Source: Lama guanicoe
Taxonomy: Eukaryota
NCBI GenBank assembly: GCA_013239625.1
Contig: MU054117.1
Coordinates: 3,958,677 to 4,022,676 of the forward strand
Reading direction: 5' to 3'
DNA: 64,000 nt
Of the stretch, positions 52,393 through 64,000 are shown in pieces. The first letter of the stretch is position 1. Each line of letters starts with the position of its first letter. Made by a program: the position numbers and the translations under genes. The notes under the pieces are model-generated. The model did not search any database, had not been told where the DNA came from, and saw nothing but the letters and a program-made list of their open reading frames with translations.

Positions 52393-53279
52393 CTTATTTA
52401 TTTTTAATGGTTGGCTGCCCGGGGCAACAAATTCCTTCTAGGCTGCAGGGCTTTTGGTTCTTAAAGTTGCCCTTCACCCTTACCAGCTCCCTGCTCAAAA
52501 CAGGCAGTGCCATGTGGCCTAAATTCTGAAAGCGACGTCTCAGCTGCCCACAGTCAGCCTTTTGACCCCTGAGCCCAGTCCTGCCTTCTCACCAGCCCTG
52601 TCCCCTGTCTGCACACCCACTCTCCTGCCTCCATTCCTCGTGCTCCCGCAGCTGCAGCCCGGCATCAGCAATGGCCGTTCCTGGGAAGGGTTGTCAAAGA
52701 TCATGTAAAACGTCCCCCCTCTGTGTTCTGAGAAGGCTTTCCATCCCCAAAGGGCCTTTCTGGGTAACGAGGAAGGTTAAACTGGGGCAGCCTACAGGAG
52801 GAAACCCGCAGAAGGGAAATCTGTGTCCATAAACCATGCTGCTCCAAGACTTAATTTGGGGGGCTGGTTACTCAAAGAGAAATATGGAGAACTTGGAAGA
52901 CTTGGGAAAAGAAAATTAAGAGAACGTTGCAAATGTTAGATGGATATGTGTCCAGGAAAATTTTAAAGGCTCTGGTGAGGATTAGGTTTGTGGCAAAAAT
53001 TTGTAACAGGGTAACCTGTTCTTTCTCTCAAGTGTATGTCAGTGTTGGAGTGACAAACTTAGCATGTGTGCTAGCATGCTCCACTTTGCCATAGCAGACA
53101 TCACTAGTCAATCACAGCACTCCTTCCCACTGTCACTTCTTTGCCCATATCAGATCTTATTAATCAATCACTCACTCATTCGCCCTGAGCTTCACAAGGT
53201 CTTTTAGTCCTCAGCACTGGTCTCCAGTTAGCCATCAATCAGTTGGATTTGGAGTTTAGACTGAAACCTACTTGGTACC

Positions 53280-53520
53280 TCTAGTTTAATGGAAAGAGCA
53301 TCAGGTTTAGAGTCAGAATACCTGAATTCTAGTCCCTGACCACTACTTATGAATAATTCCTTATTAATAATGATTATCTAACCTCAGTTTTCTCCTCTAT
53401 AGTAAGAAAGCAGTGGCGATCACAGAGGTCTGAGGTAAGGGTTAAGTAAGGTGACACATAACTTACCAGGGAACGTGTGGTTGTGTCTGGCACGGTGCCT
53501 GACACATTAAGCACTCTGCA
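53280..53520 (+). mobile_element. MIR SINE
   Basis: TTTAGAGTCAGAATACCTGAATTCTAGTCC...CCTCAGTTTTCTCCTCTATA...GGCACGGTGCCTGACACA. Confidence 0.65.
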
Positions 53521-54430
53521 GGCGACGAGCAGAAGTGCGCTTGCAGGGGTCTCGGCTCGTGCCTTCCCGTGTGCAGAGCGGCGGGCGGGACTTTCAGCCT
53601 TGCTGCTGCTTCTCGTGTCCTCAGTGAAGGGGGAACAGCTGGGGTTCTGCCTCACTGTGACTTCATGTTGTTAAGGCTCTTATTAAATCTTCCTTTCCTT
53701 CCCAAACTACTACAGTGGTCCCTTGTGACCCTGGGAGGACGGAGGTAGCACCCCCCTGTCAGGACCTGACATGCTGCGGGTGTAGCCATGTGCTGATGCG
53801 AAGCCTGGTCCACCCTTGGCCGTCGAGGGCATCTTGCCTGTGACCAAGGAAGAGACCTGGGTGGAGGTCTTTGTGTAGCTCGTTTCCCTAGTGTCCCCGC
53901 CGGTGATGATGACAGGGGCCTGAGGACTCATGGAGGTGGCAGGACAGGCTTTTTTGGAAGAGGTTTGTTGTGGGTCACCCATTCCAAGGTCAGAAGATGG
54001 CAGGGTGGGCTAGAGGGCATCCCCAGGGCTGCCTCCTCCAGCATGACATCAGACGCTGCTCCAGAGTGAGGAGGAGTTCTTTTCAGAGCAGCAACCTCAG
54101 AGGACATTCTTGGAGCAAACTGGACCCTTAGGATCATAAATTCACACACCCTGAGGTGTCAGTGATTTCCAAATGTCTTTCTCATTGTACATGTTGTACG
54201 TGGTACGTGTTACTTCCTGTCCTACTGATCTGCAGTGAAAAGGCAAGCCGAACAGATCCCTTCCATGTGGCTTCAGATTCTCTTTGGACTTTTTCTTGTT
54301 TAGCCTTCCATTCAAATGTGGATGCTTCATACCAAAGGTTAATACAGGGTATTATGTCCTTTCTTCTGGAATGAAAGGGGCGGGACCCAGACTGCTGCAC
54401 CAGGGCAAGATTCATTTCAATTAAACTATA

Positions 54431-54566
54431 TTCAATACTTTGTAATAGCCTTTAATGAAAAAAATATGAGAAGGAATGTATACATATTTATACGTGTATA
54501 ACTGAATCACCATGCTGTACACCAGAAATTAGCACAACACTATAAATAGACTATACTTCAATTAAA
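54431..54566 (+). mobile_element. L1 3' end fragment
   Basis: ACTGAATCACCATGCTGTACACCAGAAATTAGCACAACACTATAAATAGACTATACTTCAATTAAA, reverse complement of the other L1 ends. Confidence 0.85.
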
Positions 54567-54584
54567 TATGTGTATGTTAATCTA

Positions 54585-54850
54585 AGTGCATGCTAGACAA
54601 TATTGGAGACATTGAAGGGTTAAAACATAGTTCCTGCCCTTATACAGCTTAAAAACCATTATGAGGGATAAAGAAATATAGAGAGGACACAGCAAAATAG
54701 ATCTACCAGAGCGATCACCAAAGTGCCCTGAAAGCATGAAGGAGGCAGACCCCCGAAGGCTTCCTGGAGGAGGTGGGGATGGTGGCCCTTGAGATGAGTC
54801 TCACAGCAGCCCCAGATGGATGGACTGGGATGGGGCAGGGCTGGCCATAG
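54585..54850 (-). mobile_element. L2 fragment
   Basis: GTGCATGCTAGACA..AACATAGTTCCTGCCCT..CAGCTTA...GAAGGCTTCCTGGAGGAGGTGG. Confidence 0.55.
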
Positions 54851-56309
54851 GACAGGCAGGCAGGAGGAGCCAGCAGAAGGAGGATGCGGAGCTTAGAGCC
54901 CTGAAGGGCGCAGGCTGTGGTGGGGACGGGTTTGGGTCGGGGTCGGGGCCTGGGAGCCAGGACTCCTGCTGCTGCTGATGCTGGGCTTCCGAGGCAGAAG
55001 TCTCGTACTTGTCTGAGGACAAGTCCTGCGTGGGCTCTTGGCAGGTCTGCGGAATGCTGGGGTCGTTGTAGAGCTGGCTCAGAGCTCTTCGTTCTACACC
55101 GCCTACCGGGGTACCGGATCGCTGTGAGGCCTTGTCCGGCTCCTGCCTTTCTCTGCACCTCAGGTTTCCACACCCGTAAAATCAGGAGGTTGAATTGGCC
55201 AGTGTTAGATCTGACGTCTGTGATTCTGTGGTGATAATGGAAAGGTGATAGGAGCTCCCTCCCTCCCTTTCTTCCTTTCTTCCTTCGGCATGCTTCTTTG
55301 AGATGGACATGGGGACAGAGCTGCACCTGTTTCCACATGGAAGGAGGAGTCAGGGGCCCAGTTCTGGGTTTGGTCTGAGCTGGGCTTGGTCTGTTCCCTG
55401 CTCTGGCGCTGGTGCTCAGCCCCGCAGCTCCTTCCCAGTGCGGGGGGTTCTGTGCTGCAGGCCCACCGGCGTGTAATTTCCCCCTGGGTCAGCAGATGCC
55501 TTCTGGCCAGTTCCCGTGCCGGGTGTCGTGTGGGATCACACGGGAGAAGAGATCCCTGCCAATCTCGGAGCCAGACAGGCCACCCTTGAGAGCGCAGTGC
55601 GTCCCGGACTTAGGCTCATCCTTAGTGATACTGATTCAGCAAGCCGGGGCAGGGCCCGAGAGTCCGTGCAGGGGGCTGCTCCCCAGTGATCGTGGCACTG
55701 GGCCGAGTTTCGGGAGCTCCGGTCAGAGGAAGATGCTCAGAATGACCATGTTCTAGCATACTTGTGTTTATTTGAATTTATTATTTGTTGTCTTTTCCCC
55801 TGTGCTTGGTACGGACATCTGCATCCCCTCGGTGGGAGGTGCAGACAGACACTGTGAGCTAGACTGTTGTACGACCTGCACTTCTGAGCGCCGGCCCCGC
55901 GCTGACAGCCGCGTTGGGAAGCAAGGCATTCACATGTGAGGTGGTGCGCCATTGTCATCCTCACCATCCTCGGTGAGAATTCACTTACAATTCATGCTGT
56001 GAGTTTGGGGTTTTCGAGCACAAGCCACCCGCTCTCCTTGCTCAGCCCTGCAGTAAACCTTTCTCTGCTCCAAAAAAAAAGAAAGTCAAATAAAATTAAA
56101 TTAAAAAACAAAACCCACATTGCATCGGGTGAGATTGGAAAGGGCCCCCGAAGTGGGCAGGTTGGGTGTTTCATCTCAGGGTTTATCACGCAGCTCACCA
56201 GTGGGGAAATGGAGGTTGAAGATGGGAATTTTCCTAACTGAGTAGAGCTGCTCGTGATGCAGTGCCTACCGAATGGCCGGTGGGGCGCCCACTGGGCGCT
56301 GATCACGCG

Positions 56310-56470
56310 ATGCCTCACTTGTTCCCAGAACGGCTCTGTGGGGTCGGCAGATTTTACGGTTGGGAAAACTGAGGCTTACAGAAGTTGTGTGATTTACTCG
56401 GAGTCAGGCAGACAGGAGGTGGGGTCTAGTGCAGGTCATTCTGACCTCCCTGTCTACCCTCTTTCCCCAA
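56310..56470 (-). mobile_element. MIR SINE
   Basis: ATTTTACGGTTGGGAAAACTGAGGCTTACAGAAGTTGTGTGATTTACTC. Confidence 0.65.
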
Positions 56471-57732
56471 AGCCCCATCTGTACCACTCCCCTAGTGGGG
56501 CTGATCTGAGTCCAGGGCCAGAGATGCTTCATCAGGAGAACCGCAGCGTCGCTCATCCAGCCTCCGTCCTTGTGCAACAGGAACCAGGTGCCGGTGGGGC
56601 TACTCGAGACACGTCGTCACAGGAAAGTTCTCTTAGCTTTCTGTCCAGGTGGCAGGAGTTGCTCAAGCCAAGGGCAGGTCCCTGACTCGGCCGTCCTCCT
56701 ACCCTCTGTGCCTCAGTCTCTGATGGAGGCTGAGCTTTCTGAGCTGCCAAGGGAGCCAAAAACGGGGTCTCACAGGGATCTGTGCACATCACAGGGCCGT
56801 GCCCCGGTGTCCGGGCTCAGCTGCCTCCACCCAACCCCAGGCGGGGTCGATACGAGTGCTTTTCACATCTCGTAGCACGTTCTTCTGAAAGGCTAGCCCA
56901 GCTCTGCCCTGCAGGGGCCAGTGGCGAGAGGGCACATGGGGAGGCCACTTCCCTGCTGTCCCCTGTGCTACAAAAACCAGCCCGCTAGGAAAATGCTAGA
57001 AGAATGAACTGCCAGCCCCATGGGGGTCTTTTGCAGCAACTTCTGATTCCCTCGTAATTCTTACAAATTCTCCTCTTGATCCAGACTTTTCTTAGCCATC
57101 AGTTCATTCCAGAAGTGACGTGTGTGCACACACGTGCTTGAGGGGGGTCCGGGAAGAGGCGTAAGAGGAGAAGCAGGAGCTCTGAATCTGCTCACCTGGG
57201 GGAGAGAGGCCGAGAGCACTGACAGCCCACCAGAATGTTATTTGCTGCTTTGTTTTGTTTCTGGGTAGAGTCTCTTGTTCAAACTTGAACATGGAAATTC
57301 CTCCACTTCAAAATGAACAGCGGAGAAACGCTGCAGGTTGGGATTTCCCGGGAGCACGGGCAGCCATCTGCCCTGCGACAGGACAAGGGGCCTGAACTCT
57401 CTTTACTTGTTCTTTCTGTTCCTGGGAAGGATGGGGGAAGGGAGGGGGCAGCAGGAACGGACCACCCTACGCTTTTCTTCGGTGTCCTTGAAGGGGCGGC
57501 AGGGTTTGGGGGGGGTGTCTACCAGGCTCGCTCTTTGGCGCATTGGAAAAGATTCCAGAAGAGCTGGTCCTGGGATCTGGGTTCTGTGATCGCCATCAGA
57601 TCCTGTCCTCCGTCCTTCCCTGTGGTGGGAACAGCAGCATCGCAGCCAGAGAGGAGTCTTGTTCTCCAGAGGCCGGCATCCTAGTGCCTGGGAGGAAGGG
57701 ACCCTTGGTGTGCTGGTGGTTTCTCCTCCACA

Positions 57733-57975
57733 TTTTTTTTTTAACTTTATTGGTGATTGAATTATAGTCAATTTACAGTGTTGTGTTAGTTTCTGGTGTA
57801 CAGCATAGTGATTCAGTTACATACACACACATATATATATTCCTTTTTCATATTCTTTTTCATTATAGTTTATTACAAGGTATTGAATACAGTTCCCTGG
57901 GCTCTGCAGTAGGACCTTGTTGTTTATCTCTTTTATATGTAGTAGTTTGTATCTGCTAATCTCAACCTTCCTCCA
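57733..57975 (-). mobile_element. L1 3' end fragment
   Basis: TTTACAGTGTTGTGTTAGTTTCTGGTGTACAGCATAGTGATTCAGTT...GTAGGACCTTGTTGTTTATC. Confidence 0.88.
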
Positions 57976-60900
57976 TATTTAACTTCCGTACTCTTAGGTC
58001 ATAGTCCCTTGGCTGTCTTCTAGGATTTAATTGATCTGTTGAGGGTTGCAGGTTGTCACAAAAGCAGCATAAAACGGGGGGGAAAAAAACTAAAAAAAAA
58101 AGTAGAAACTCGGTCGGGCGCACAAACCCCATTTCCGGCTCCATCACTAGCTGGCTGTGTCATGAGCAGCTCATAACTCCTTGGCCTCGGTTTCTTCATC
58201 TGTCAAATGAAGATTGAGGGGTTAAGTGATTTCCAAGTTCCTCTGGGTGCTAAAATCCTGCTCTTTAGAATTTTTTTAAAATGTCACCATCATTTCAGAG
58301 CATGTATTGGGGGGGTCCCCCAGCGGGGCATGAAGTTGTGTGGTGTCTGAGGGGGTTTATCATTTGGTCAGGCTGGGTCACCTGCAGCCTGGAGTGCCTC
58401 TGGCTTGTTTGGAAGGGTGAAATTCTGAATTCTCCAAAGGGTTGGCCAAATGCCAGACTCTTTCGTCTCCCGCCTCTCACCCCTCCTCAAGTGGTTGCGT
58501 CTAAGAAGATTCTTTTGAGGCTTCCTGCTAGATCTGTCCGTTAATCTTGCTGCTTTTCAAACCTCCTCATGATGAATGTCCATCCTTGAACTCCGACAGT
58601 GAGAAATGAGGTATGTTTCACTGTCCTATCACCAAATGGGAGTGAATTTATTTCCCCGGTGCGCAGCCGCGGAGGCACCGACCAGCTGGTCCTTACTGGC
58701 AGCGCTTCCCGCCCTCCCCCGCCCTCCCTGCCCGGACTTCCTTCGCCACCACCCTCTCCGCTGGATCTGTCGCGCTGCGCACCCCGTACACTCGAGGAAG
58801 TGGAGAGAGGAGGCGTTTCTTTTCCTCTTTCCCAAACTCTGCCGTGAAGCCCCTGCCCTCTCCGCTCCCCACCCCCAACGCCGCCCTCCACCCTCCATGG
58901 TTTTCCTCTGATGAGATTTCCCCTCAGAGGGAATATTTTGGTCCTGTTCTCTGTTCCCAAACAAATTTCCCTGGTTCTTTAAATCTGGTTTCAATCAACA
59001 TAATCACAGTCTGTTCAGTGATATCAACTCTGCCTTGATTTGTGCATGTAATTCACGCTACGTCCTCCACCTCGCGGCTGTTTTATATACACACACTCAG
59101 ATGCGAGTAGATGTGTGTATATTCACGTAATGTATGTACATCATGGATCGAAAGACAGATACGTTTCCCATCATGCCTGTAATTTCTTTTCATCTTTCTC
59201 TAAATCAGAATCTTAATGCACGTCACCTCAACTGGGTTCATCCTGAGAACCCCAGGGGCTCCTTTTATTTTTTAAGACCAGCTATCTAAATCTGGGTCAC
59301 AAATGAGTTATAAACTGAGGGCACACTTCTTCTATCTCCCAGTGTAAGTTGCATCCACGTAACGGAGTCTTGATGACTGAAGTGGGCGAGGTCCTCATCC
59401 ATTCGACTCACATTCAACCCCCGTGACCACAGAGTGTTGCCTGCTTATTCTTCGTTCATATCCCATTATAAGTCCCTTCTTCTTTCTGGAAGAAGAGAGC
59501 TGAGGCAGCCCTGGGAGGCTGTGGAAAGCGACACAGACTCGAGCTTAGAAATGGGACTCGGTGGCAGAGCCCAGTAACCTGCCATGTGATGAATCCTCCC
59601 AGCCCAGTGACGCTGCCACGTGTATGTCAGGATCCAGTGAAACGGGACACTCGTCCAAGTCATGGTGAAGCCCCACCACCACCACCACCACCAAACAAGA
59701 AACAAACCTGTCGGGTGGCTAACCCTCAGCACCTCAGCGAGGAGGGTGGAGCCCACCTAGAACAGAAAAGTCAGCGGAGCTGCTGAATCAGTGCTGTAAA
59801 TCGGTAACAGACAACCTGGGCAAGCCATAGCGTCTAACCTCCAGGGCAGGCGCTGAAGAGAGAAGAGGTTTTGTGAATTCTGAAAACTCGGCTTTCCCCA
59901 TGTAGAGCCACAGTCCGGAGGAGTCAGAGCATGAGGACATCAGAGCCACTTCCCAGACAACAGGATGGGAAGAGAGGTTTTGGACACGAAGGGACACACC
60001 TGATGGAGGGAGACGGGGAGAGGCTGGAATGTGTGGAGTCCTGGGGGAAGGGAGGCCTCACCGTGGTGGGGTCAGTGACGTCCCCTGGGTGCAGGGACTG
60101 TCTTACAGAGCACAGGATGTTGGGGGAAGTGCACCTCGTCGCTAGGTCACGCACGAACGTAGCATTGGGTGGAGTTTTACAACTGATCTAGAACTGACCC
60201 TGGCCAGTAAGGCGAAATGTGGAAACACTGGCCAAGCCGACCTTGAGGGCCACAGGTCTTGTGGTATGTGTGTCCCTTTCACATTCCAAAATAACAGGAA
60301 AATAATTTTTGCACCGTGCCTTTGGTTTTTGTTTTTTTTAAATTTGGAAATGAGTTTAGACCTATGGCATCTGTCATTTTTTTAATCATGCCTGTCTTGG
60401 ATTTAGTGAGTCTCTCTGTATTTAAAAACCAGAAGGAGAGGAACGCCACCTCCCTTTGGCCTTGATACTTGCTCACAAGTTCATTTTAAGGGAGACCTGT
60501 GTTGTCACGGTTCTCCCAGGGAAGAGGTCACGCGGCTGGGATTCCGCCCTTCCTCTGATGCAGGCACAAGAGCTCCTCCCTGTCTCCACGCAGAGCAGAT
60601 GGATCCACAGCCACAAGCTCCAAGGGAGAGTGCCTAGGACATTCAAGCTTTACAGCCAGAAAACACCCCCTCACGCTGACGTCTGATTCCTGAACCCTGT
60701 GTCATGGTCTGGATGCTGAGGTGGAAGCAGGGACATCCACGTTCCTGGACCGTTTGGCTTAGGGCCCAAGTGACCATTTGTGCCACCCATCCTCCCTCGG
60801 CTGCAGGGCAGTGGCTCTGTCCCCTTCTTGACTTCCAGTCCTGGAGAGCACACCCTGCCTTCTCCCTGGTCCCTGGGGTGGTGGCTGCAGAAGGGGCACT

Positions 60901-61150
60901 CGGGAGCCAGAGATGCCTTTCGACACTACTCTTCCTTCCCCTGCCTCAGCCTCCCCAGACAGGTCCAGTGGCGCTGTGAGACCAGAAGTCCCGTCTTTCC
61001 CTCACCTGCAAAGCCCCAGACATCCTGTGGGCATGCCACCCAGCCCGGCGCACCCCCACCGGAAAGTTTGGCTGTCAGACAAGGATGCCGCCCAGGTGAC
61101 TGCTGATCCAGGCTAGTATTTTGAAATGCAAAGTGCCACTCTCTCAGGCC

Positions 61151-61192
61151 GGTGTGCACAGGATGGTGTGCACAGGATGGTGTGCATAGGAG
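61151..61192. repeat. 14-bp tandem repeat x3 (GGTGTGCACAGGAT)
   Basis: Two perfect units and one variant (GGTGTGCATAGGAG). Confidence 0.9.
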
Positions 61193-64000
61193 CCAGAGCG
61201 TTGTCAGCACCTGCTTGGAGCTACTTGCCGTCCCCACCCTCCCTCCTGGCACACAAGATGGTTTGTTTCCCGTGTGACGGGGCTCCTCTCCTCCCCGTCT
61301 TTAAATGGTTGATTTGTCCTCAGGACAGTCTGCGTTGAGAAACCTGGACTCACTGACTTGAAGGCACTAAAATGTCCTCTGGTTTTTATAGACTGTTTCA
61401 CGGGCTCTTAATGCAGAACAGACAGCCTTTGGAGCGAGCAGTTCGCAAGGGTGCAGGACACCTGGATTCATGACTCCCCTGTGTCATCAACCAGGGAGGG
61501 ACCTTAGATAGGGCTGCAGCATCATCATCTGTCACTCTGTAAGGCACCACGTGAGTTTGGGAAACGCCGATGCAATACTAGATTGAAATTAGGAAGTAAT
61601 ATGAAAATGCAGAAGCAGGATCATGTGAGTCCTCTGCTCCCCCCAGGAACATCCCCAAAGAAAAGGGACTGAATGTGGCAGTAAGGAGATTTGGGGTGGA
61701 GAGCAGGAGAAACAGGGGCGCAGCGGCGTGGACGCGGCGGGGAGCACGGCCCTCCCCAGGGGCCTTCGGCGTCCGCCCTTGTTGACGTGCGTCTCCGTCC
61801 GTGGCCAGACTGCTGGACAGACTGCTGGACGGCTCTTCCTGGAGACGAGGAGGGGGTCTGGCGGGGGCGGTAGGAAGCCTGCACGCGGAGGCATTGGAGA
61901 GAGGAGAGCGGCCCTGCACGAGACTTGGATTTTCTTCCATAAAATCCCAAAACAAATCCCTTCCCGGGGAAGTCTCTGTTTCCGAGTGGAAGGAGGAAAG
62001 TAGGCGTTAAGCACCCTGGAGGGTTTGTCTTGGTTGGTGGAAGGAGGACGCGGGGAGACGGGAAACCCACGCCCCGGTGCCGTGCACAAACCCTGCAAGT
62101 CCCGTGTGGGAGCGTGTTCCGTGCGAGACAGAAGACTGACCGGGTGCCCGGGACCTGGGTCTCTGTGTTATCCATGCCCACCTGGCTTAATTTTGATAAA
62201 TGTGACATCTGAGATGCCGTCGAGAAAACATCGCCTGGCAGGAAGCATGTGATTTAGCTAACGGTCAGCTTACCATCTTTACACAGCCAGGCTCTGAAGA
62301 GGAAAGGGTGTGGAAGCTTCACACGGACTAGACCTCCATGGGCTAGGAGAGAATCCAGGGCTGCGCTGATGAAGAGAGCTGGGGTTGGTGTGGTGGGAAC
62401 GGAAGACACCATCAGGCCCATGGTGCGTGTGAGTGTTTAGGAAAAAGAGTAAGAGACAGAGGACGGGGAGTCTAGGCAGAGATGTGTCACTCACTGGCCA
62501 TTTGCCACTGGACAGACCACTTCATCTTTCTAAGAGTCAGTTTTCTTAAACTTAAAGTGAAGAAAATATTGGTCCTTATAGCTCCTTGAGCTACTGTAAT
62601 GATTAATTTGAAAATGTACCGAACGGCGTGTATGTTAGGAGCTCTCATTAGGACATCGGGAGCCACCACTGCCACCATCCTCCCCTTTCCCCTTCAGTGG
62701 TTTCTTACTGTCCGTCCCTCTTTCTGGCCAGTTTGTCTATAATTTGAACCTGCCTGGTTAGTGGGGCAGGAGGCGCTGGTCTCCCGTGATGCCTGGCGAC
62801 TGGGCAGTTTTTCGAGGCTGGAGTGGCTGTCATCTCTGTTCTCTTTTCCCGTTGGCCGCTGTCTTTCCCGCACTGGTGGCCAGGGCTCCTGGGAGGGAGA
62901 TGCTGAGGGAGAAAGTCCTGGCAGTGGGAAGTGGCAGGAGCAGAGACAGCTGCTGCCCGGAGCTGGTCTCCAAGGTAGGCGTTGCTTTCCATCCTAGGCA
63001 TCAGGGACCCCGGGTGTGTGTGTTGATCCCTGCATTAATTTACCCCCAGAGCTGCTATTCAGTGAACTTCTTAAGTGCAAAAAAAAAAAAGTCTCCAGCG
63101 TTATTTTTCTCCAGGCTGGGAGAGCAGCCCCTCCGAGGCTCGCTTTTAAGGTGTGTGTTCCTGGAAGATTCCAGCAGAGTGCCTGTCCTCTTTGGTCCAG
63201 AAACAGCTCCCCCATCCTCTAAGTGCTCTTGCTGAAGACGTGAACCTGAACCTTCTTTTTGTCACAGTGAGGGAGCCAAGCCTCCTTTCTCGGTACCTTT
63301 TGCCTGCCCACCTCTTCCCGGGTCCTCGTCCGTCTCCCGGGAGTCGGCGCCTTTTGACGCCCACACACACGTCTTCCTGCAGCAGAGACGTGGGAGACGG
63401 GCCTGCCCTCTGCGCGGTGCCGGCCACTGGTTCTCCAGAGCTGCACGACCCCCTGACCCACCGGGAGGCCCTCCCAGGACTTGGCCCCGACCTGGACTTG
63501 GCCTTCACAGCTGGGGCTAAGGGGCATTTCAGCTCCCCCGGTCTCACCTTCACAGGCCCTCGTGGGCGCTGGTTCCCACGTGCTTGGACTCGCGGGCTGT
63601 CCAGCCCCGTGCATTCCCTCTGTGGGCAGGGAGTTTCCAGTCCAGTCCCTGAACTTCTGCTGGACTCTGGGGCCAGGAAGCCTCGTCGGAGGCATCCTGG
63701 TCACTAGTGGGTGGAGCGTGAGAGAGGAGACTCAGGTCCGCAGGGGCTCTGGACTTCTGCGTGTGCCCCTTCCCATCTGGGTGCCGGGGTCCTTCTCTGT
63801 GCTAGAGAGCCGCGGCGCTCCCCGCCGCCCGTCCCGAGGAGAGGCAGCCGTGTGCTTCTGGGCTGTGCGCTGGGGCAGCCGGAACGGACATTTTTATCTT
63901 CCCTGTTGGCATCTGAGTCCTTCCTGTGCAGCCGCAGACACGCAGGCTTGCATGGGGGATCACGCACAGCATCGCCATCTCCCGGGATACCCAGAAACGC

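Larger units (their letters stand above)
22079..64000 (+). other. NTF3: NTF3 intron (long; runs past the window end)
   Basis: GT donor at 22079. No NT-3 coding sequence (MSILFYVIFLAYL..., YAEHKSHRGEYSVC) in any ORF downstream. Consistent with the roughly 60-kb intron known in mammals. Confidence 0.8.

Noticed and set aside
58576..58602. ATG TCC ATC CTT (MSIL) resembling the NT-3 signal-peptide start MSILFY
   Set aside because: The frame stops after 8 codons and nothing else matches prepro-NT-3; coincidental, not exon 2.
1..64000. Remaining 60-270 aa ORFs, CRISPR-like arrays, or a novel multi-gene system
   Set aside because: This is eukaryotic intergenic/intronic DNA. The ORFs overlap repeats or microsatellites, lack domain signatures and exon structure, and no repeat-spacer array is present.

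Overview
Mammalian genomic DNA, most likely camelid (alpaca/llama/camel), judged from tRNA-Ala-derived Vic-1-type SINEs. The window holds the 5' end of the neurotrophin-3 gene (NTF3) on the + strand. It contains about 19 kb of upstream intergenic DNA, a probable upstream first exon (1A; MWQPPAARIMMRQ|gt at 20232-20270), and a CpG-island/TATA promoter with the main first exon (1B; Kozak ATG, MVTSAT|gtaag at 22061-22078). The first ~42 kb of the long intron follows. The large exon encoding prepro-NT-3 (ILQVNKVMSILFY...) is not in the window. The rest is ordinary repeat content: L1 3' ends, an old L1 ORF1/ORF2 remnant, L2, MIR, MLT1 LTRs, a Tigger4/MER46-type element and microsatellites. Almost all ORFs in the supplied track are spurious. 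I see no new gene system. The best leads are regulatory: an out-of-frame uORF with three ATGs spaced exactly 30 nt apart that overlaps the NTF3 start, tandem splice donors on exon 1A, a PBX/MEIS/HOX motif cluster and a CpG-rich element in the intron, and candidate CTCF sites. Gene and repeat identities come from recognising the sequence, not from a database search, and repeat boundaries are approximate.
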